A stretch of 64,000 nt of DNA from positions 130,427 through 194,426 of the forward strand of contig JABARW010000019.1 in the NCBI GenBank assembly GCA_019186845.1. Direction: 5' to 3'. The notes beneath the pieces were generated by a model. It had not been told where the DNA came from, ran no database searches, and was given only the letters and a program-made list of their open reading frames with translations. Positions within the stretch are counted from its first letter, which is position 1, and the number at the start of each line of letters is the position of its first letter. The position numbers and the translations under genes were made by a program. This DNA is from Planctomycetota bacterium (GTDB lineage: Bacteria > Planctomycetota > UBA8742 > UBA2392). This document shows positions 61,836 to 64,000 of the stretch, piece by piece.

Positions 61836-63044
61836 ATGAGCCAGGTAGCCGAGACTGTCACCAACTTCGACCTCACCGAGGAGCAGCAGCAGGTGCGTGA
61901 AGCCGCGCGCCAGCTCGTGAAGGAAAAGGTCGCGCCATTTGCCCAGGAACTCGATGACAAGAACGAGTTCAACCACGAGGCCTTCAAGGCCCTGGCCGAG
62001 ATGGGCTTTCTGGGCATTACCGTCAGCCCCGACTACGGCGGCAGCGGCTTTGACACCCTGAGCTACGCCATCGTGGTTGAGGAAATCGCCCGCTTCTGCG
62101 CCAGCACGGCTTTGGGCTATGCGGCGCACGTCAGCCTGGGCCTCACACCCGTTTACCTCTTCGGCACTGAGGAACAAAAGCGCAAATACGTGCCCCAACT
62201 GTGCAAGGGCATGGATGACAACGGCAAGCTCACTCTGGGCTGCTTTGGCCTGACGGAACCGGGCGCTGGCTCCGACGCCGGCGGCACCAAGACCCGGGCT
62301 GAGAGAAAGGGCGACCACTGGCTGGTCAACGGCCGCAAGGCCTGGATCACCAACCCGCACTACTCCAAGACCTGCATCTTTACCGCGCGATCCAACGACA
62401 AGCCCGCCAAAGGCAAGGGTATCACGGCCTTCATCGCCGAACTGAACACCCCCGGTTTCAAGGTCGAGCCCAAGGAAAACAAGCTGGGCATGCGCTCATC
62501 GGACACAGCCCAGCTCGTGTTCGAAGACATGAAGCTGCCGCTGGATGCCGTGGCCGGCGGCATGGAGCAGGTGGACGTAGGCTTTGAGAAGTTCATGAAG
62601 ACACTGGCCGGCGGGCGCATTTCTATTGGCGCGCTGGGGCTCGGCATCGCCCAGGGTGCCTACGAGCGGGCGCTGGACTATGCCCGCCAGAGAAAGCAGT
62701 TCGGACAGGCTATTGGCAACTTCCAGGGCGTGGCCTTCATGCTCGCTGACATGGCCATGGAAATCTCGGCGGCGCGCCATCTGGTGTATCACGCGGCGCG
62801 TATGCGCGACGCCGGCCGCGACTTCACGATGGAGGGCAGCATGGCCAAGCTCTACGCCAGCGAAGTGGCCATGAAGACCTGCACCAACGCCATTCAGGTG
62901 CTGGGCGGCGTGGGCTACACGCGCGAGTACGATGTCGAGAGAATGCTCCGCGACGCCAAGCTGTGCGAAATCGGCGAGGGTACCAGCGAGGTGCAGAGGC
63001 TTGTCATCTCGCGCAAGATCCTGGGCGACTTGCGCAACGTGTAG
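61836..63044 (+). CDS. Acyl-CoA dehydrogenase
   Basis: 'FDLTEEQQQVREAARQLVKEKVAPFAQELD...', 'GCFGLTEPGAGSDAGG' and the C-terminus 'YDVERMLRDAKLCEIGEGTSEVQRLVISRKIL'. Confidence 0.9.
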   Translation: MSQVAETVTNFDLTEEQQQVREAARQLVKEKVAPFAQELDDKNEFNHEAFKALAEMGFLGITVSPDYGGSGFDTLSYAIVVEEIARFCASTALGYAAHVSLGLTPVYLFGTEEQKRKYVPQLCKGMDDNGKLTLGCFGLTEPGAGSDAGGTKTRAERKGDHWLVNGRKAWITNPHYSKTCIFTARSNDKPAKGKGITAFIAELNTPGFKVEPKENKLGMRSSDTAQLVFEDMKLPLDAVAGGMEQVDVGFEKFMKTLAGGRISIGALGLGIAQGAYERALDYARQRKQFGQAIGNFQGVAFMLADMAMEISAARHLVYHAARMRDAGRDFTMEGSMAKLYASEVAMKTCTNAIQVLGGVGYTREYDVERMLRDAKLCEIGEGTSEVQRLVISRKILGDLRNV

Positions 63045-63045
63045 C

Positions 63046-64000
63046 TCAGCCGGTTCGTGCGCGGTCAAACTCCTCTTTGAATCTTTCAACGTGAAGGAGG
63101 TCGTTGACCGCGGTCAATTGATTGATCACGCTTTGCCGAAGTGCATAGGCCTCCTCAGTTCGACCCTGCCTGAGCCTCAGCATCGACATCGCGGCTTCAA
63201 AGGCCACACGCTGGAATCCCTTGAGTTCGGTCTTCGCCCTGACCTGCTCCAGCAGGTTTTCCGCCTCGGCAAGCGTGCCTCGCTCTATCCACACTTTTGC
63301 CAGCATGATCTGCGCAGTGCGGAAGGAAGGCGATCCCTCGTTGGCCAATATGGCCTGCAAAAGGGATTCTGCCTCATCCAATGCTGCACGTTTGGCCAGA
63401 ACGCCCGCCAGGTTCAACGCTGCTTGGTCGCGGGCCTCGTTCATCTGAAAGCGAGCTGCCAGTTCGCGGGACTGCCTCAGAGCAAGTTCGGCTTTGGCAA
63501 GTTCGTCGTATCTTTCATAGGTCACGCCCAGATTCCCGAGCGCATGAATCAGCGTGAACACGTCGCCGGTTTCGCGCGAAACGGCGCACACCTCTTCCAG
63601 CGTCTGGAGCACTTCTGCGCTTCGGCCCATGCGGCTCAACAGATACCCGAGCACGTTGCGTATACGAACCTCCCGCGCGCGCATGCCGACCGACTTCGCG
63701 AGTTCAAGCGCAACCAGGGCCGTCTCATGGGCCTCGCGCATTCGGCCCAGTTCAAGCAGGGCGCGCGCCCTTTGAGTCTGCAACCACTCGAGACTCTGTG
63801 GCCTGCCGCGCGGAAGTTCTTCGATCAGGCGGTTATCAACCAGATCCAATGCCTCGGCTGCACGATCCGTGGCACGCAGCAGCCCGCTGAGATTGCCGAT
63901 CGAGATCGTGACTTGCTTTTCGTCATGGCAGGACCGCAGGAGGTCAATGGCCTGTCTCAGCGCCCTCTCGGACTCGGTCAGTTTTCCAAGGACGCGTAAC
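63046..64000 (-). CDS. TPR-repeat protein, C-terminal part; 5' end off the window
   Basis: Helical TPR-like repeats ('ALELAKSVGMRAREVRIRNVLGYLLSRMG...'). The reading frame stays open to the window edge, and the track start at 63849 is a TTG. Confidence 0.55.
   Translation of the reverse strand, partial: LRVLGKLTESERALRQAIDLLRSCHDEKQVTISIGNLSGLLRATDRAAEALDLVDNRLIEELPRGRPQSLEWLQTQRARALLELGRMREAHETALVALELAKSVGMRAREVRIRNVLGYLLSRMGRSAEVLQTLEEVCAVSRETGDVFTLIHALGNLGVTYERYDELAKAELALRQSRELAARFQMNEARDQAALNLAGVLAKRAALDEAESLLQAILANEGSPSFRTAQIMLAKVWIERGTLAEAENLLEQVRAKTELKGFQRVAFEAAMSMLRLRQGRTEEAYALRQSVINQLTAVNDLLHVERFKEEFDRARTG

Noticed and set aside
1-64000. Search by eye for CRISPR arrays, tRNA/rRNA genes, IS elements, integrases and prophage genes
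   Set aside because: All intergenic spacers are under 220 nt and show no direct-repeat arrays or tRNA-like cloverleaf candidates. No transposase, integrase or phage-like protein was recognised. The only compositional island is the 180-nt AT-rich leader at 55946..56127.

Overview
The window is a high-GC (~65%) bacterial chromosomal segment with about 48 protein-coding genes and no rRNA, tRNA, CRISPR or mobile elements. The gene content (a DUF1549/PSCyt-type protein, a Ser/Thr-kinase::FGE-sulfatase fusion, a giant Ig/Kelch lipoprotein, many lipoproteins) is most consistent with a Planctomycetota/PVC-type genome; this is an inference.

Content from start to end:
- Envelope and ECF sigma region: a partial DUF1549 protein; a HEAT+VWA protein; a PP2C phosphatase -> ECF sigma -> large zinc-ribbon/HExxH anti-sigma operon.
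- Housekeeping block: lptB, an RNase HII-like gene, accC-accB.
- Secreted-protein block: a secreted cyclophilin with a long N-terminal domain; two tandem paralogous secreted coiled-coil proteins plus a CarbopepD_reg-like protein.
- Selenoprotein and metabolism: a thioredoxin-fold gene interrupted by one in-frame TGA at the first Cys of its CxxC motif, with a SECIS-like hairpin (candidate selenoprotein); folD; an aminotransferase.
- An S41 protease -> UPF0104 -> VWA operon.
- An RDD-domain protein -> small TM protein -> Memo-like (AmmeMemoRadiSam B) operon; a beta-helix lipoprotein.
- Flagellar cluster, all on the minus strand: a YmdB phosphoesterase, then the 5'->3' series flgF-flgG-flgA-flgH-flgI-flgJ(N-terminal only)-flgN-flgK-flgL-fliW-csrA.
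- Directly upstream of the flagellar cluster, a tightly coupled three-gene module: a 1675-aa Ig/Kelch lipoprotein -> 1525-aa Ser/Thr kinase::FGE-domain protein -> caspase-like lipoprotein, preceded by an AT-rich leader.
- Cell-envelope and sugar block: an LpxL-like acyltransferase and a GT2/DUF2062 glycosyltransferase; maf; two SDR epimerases; an acyl-CoA dehydrogenase; a partial TPR protein.

Most plus-strand ORFs in the supplied track that overlap these genes are antisense shadow ORFs typical of GC-rich DNA.
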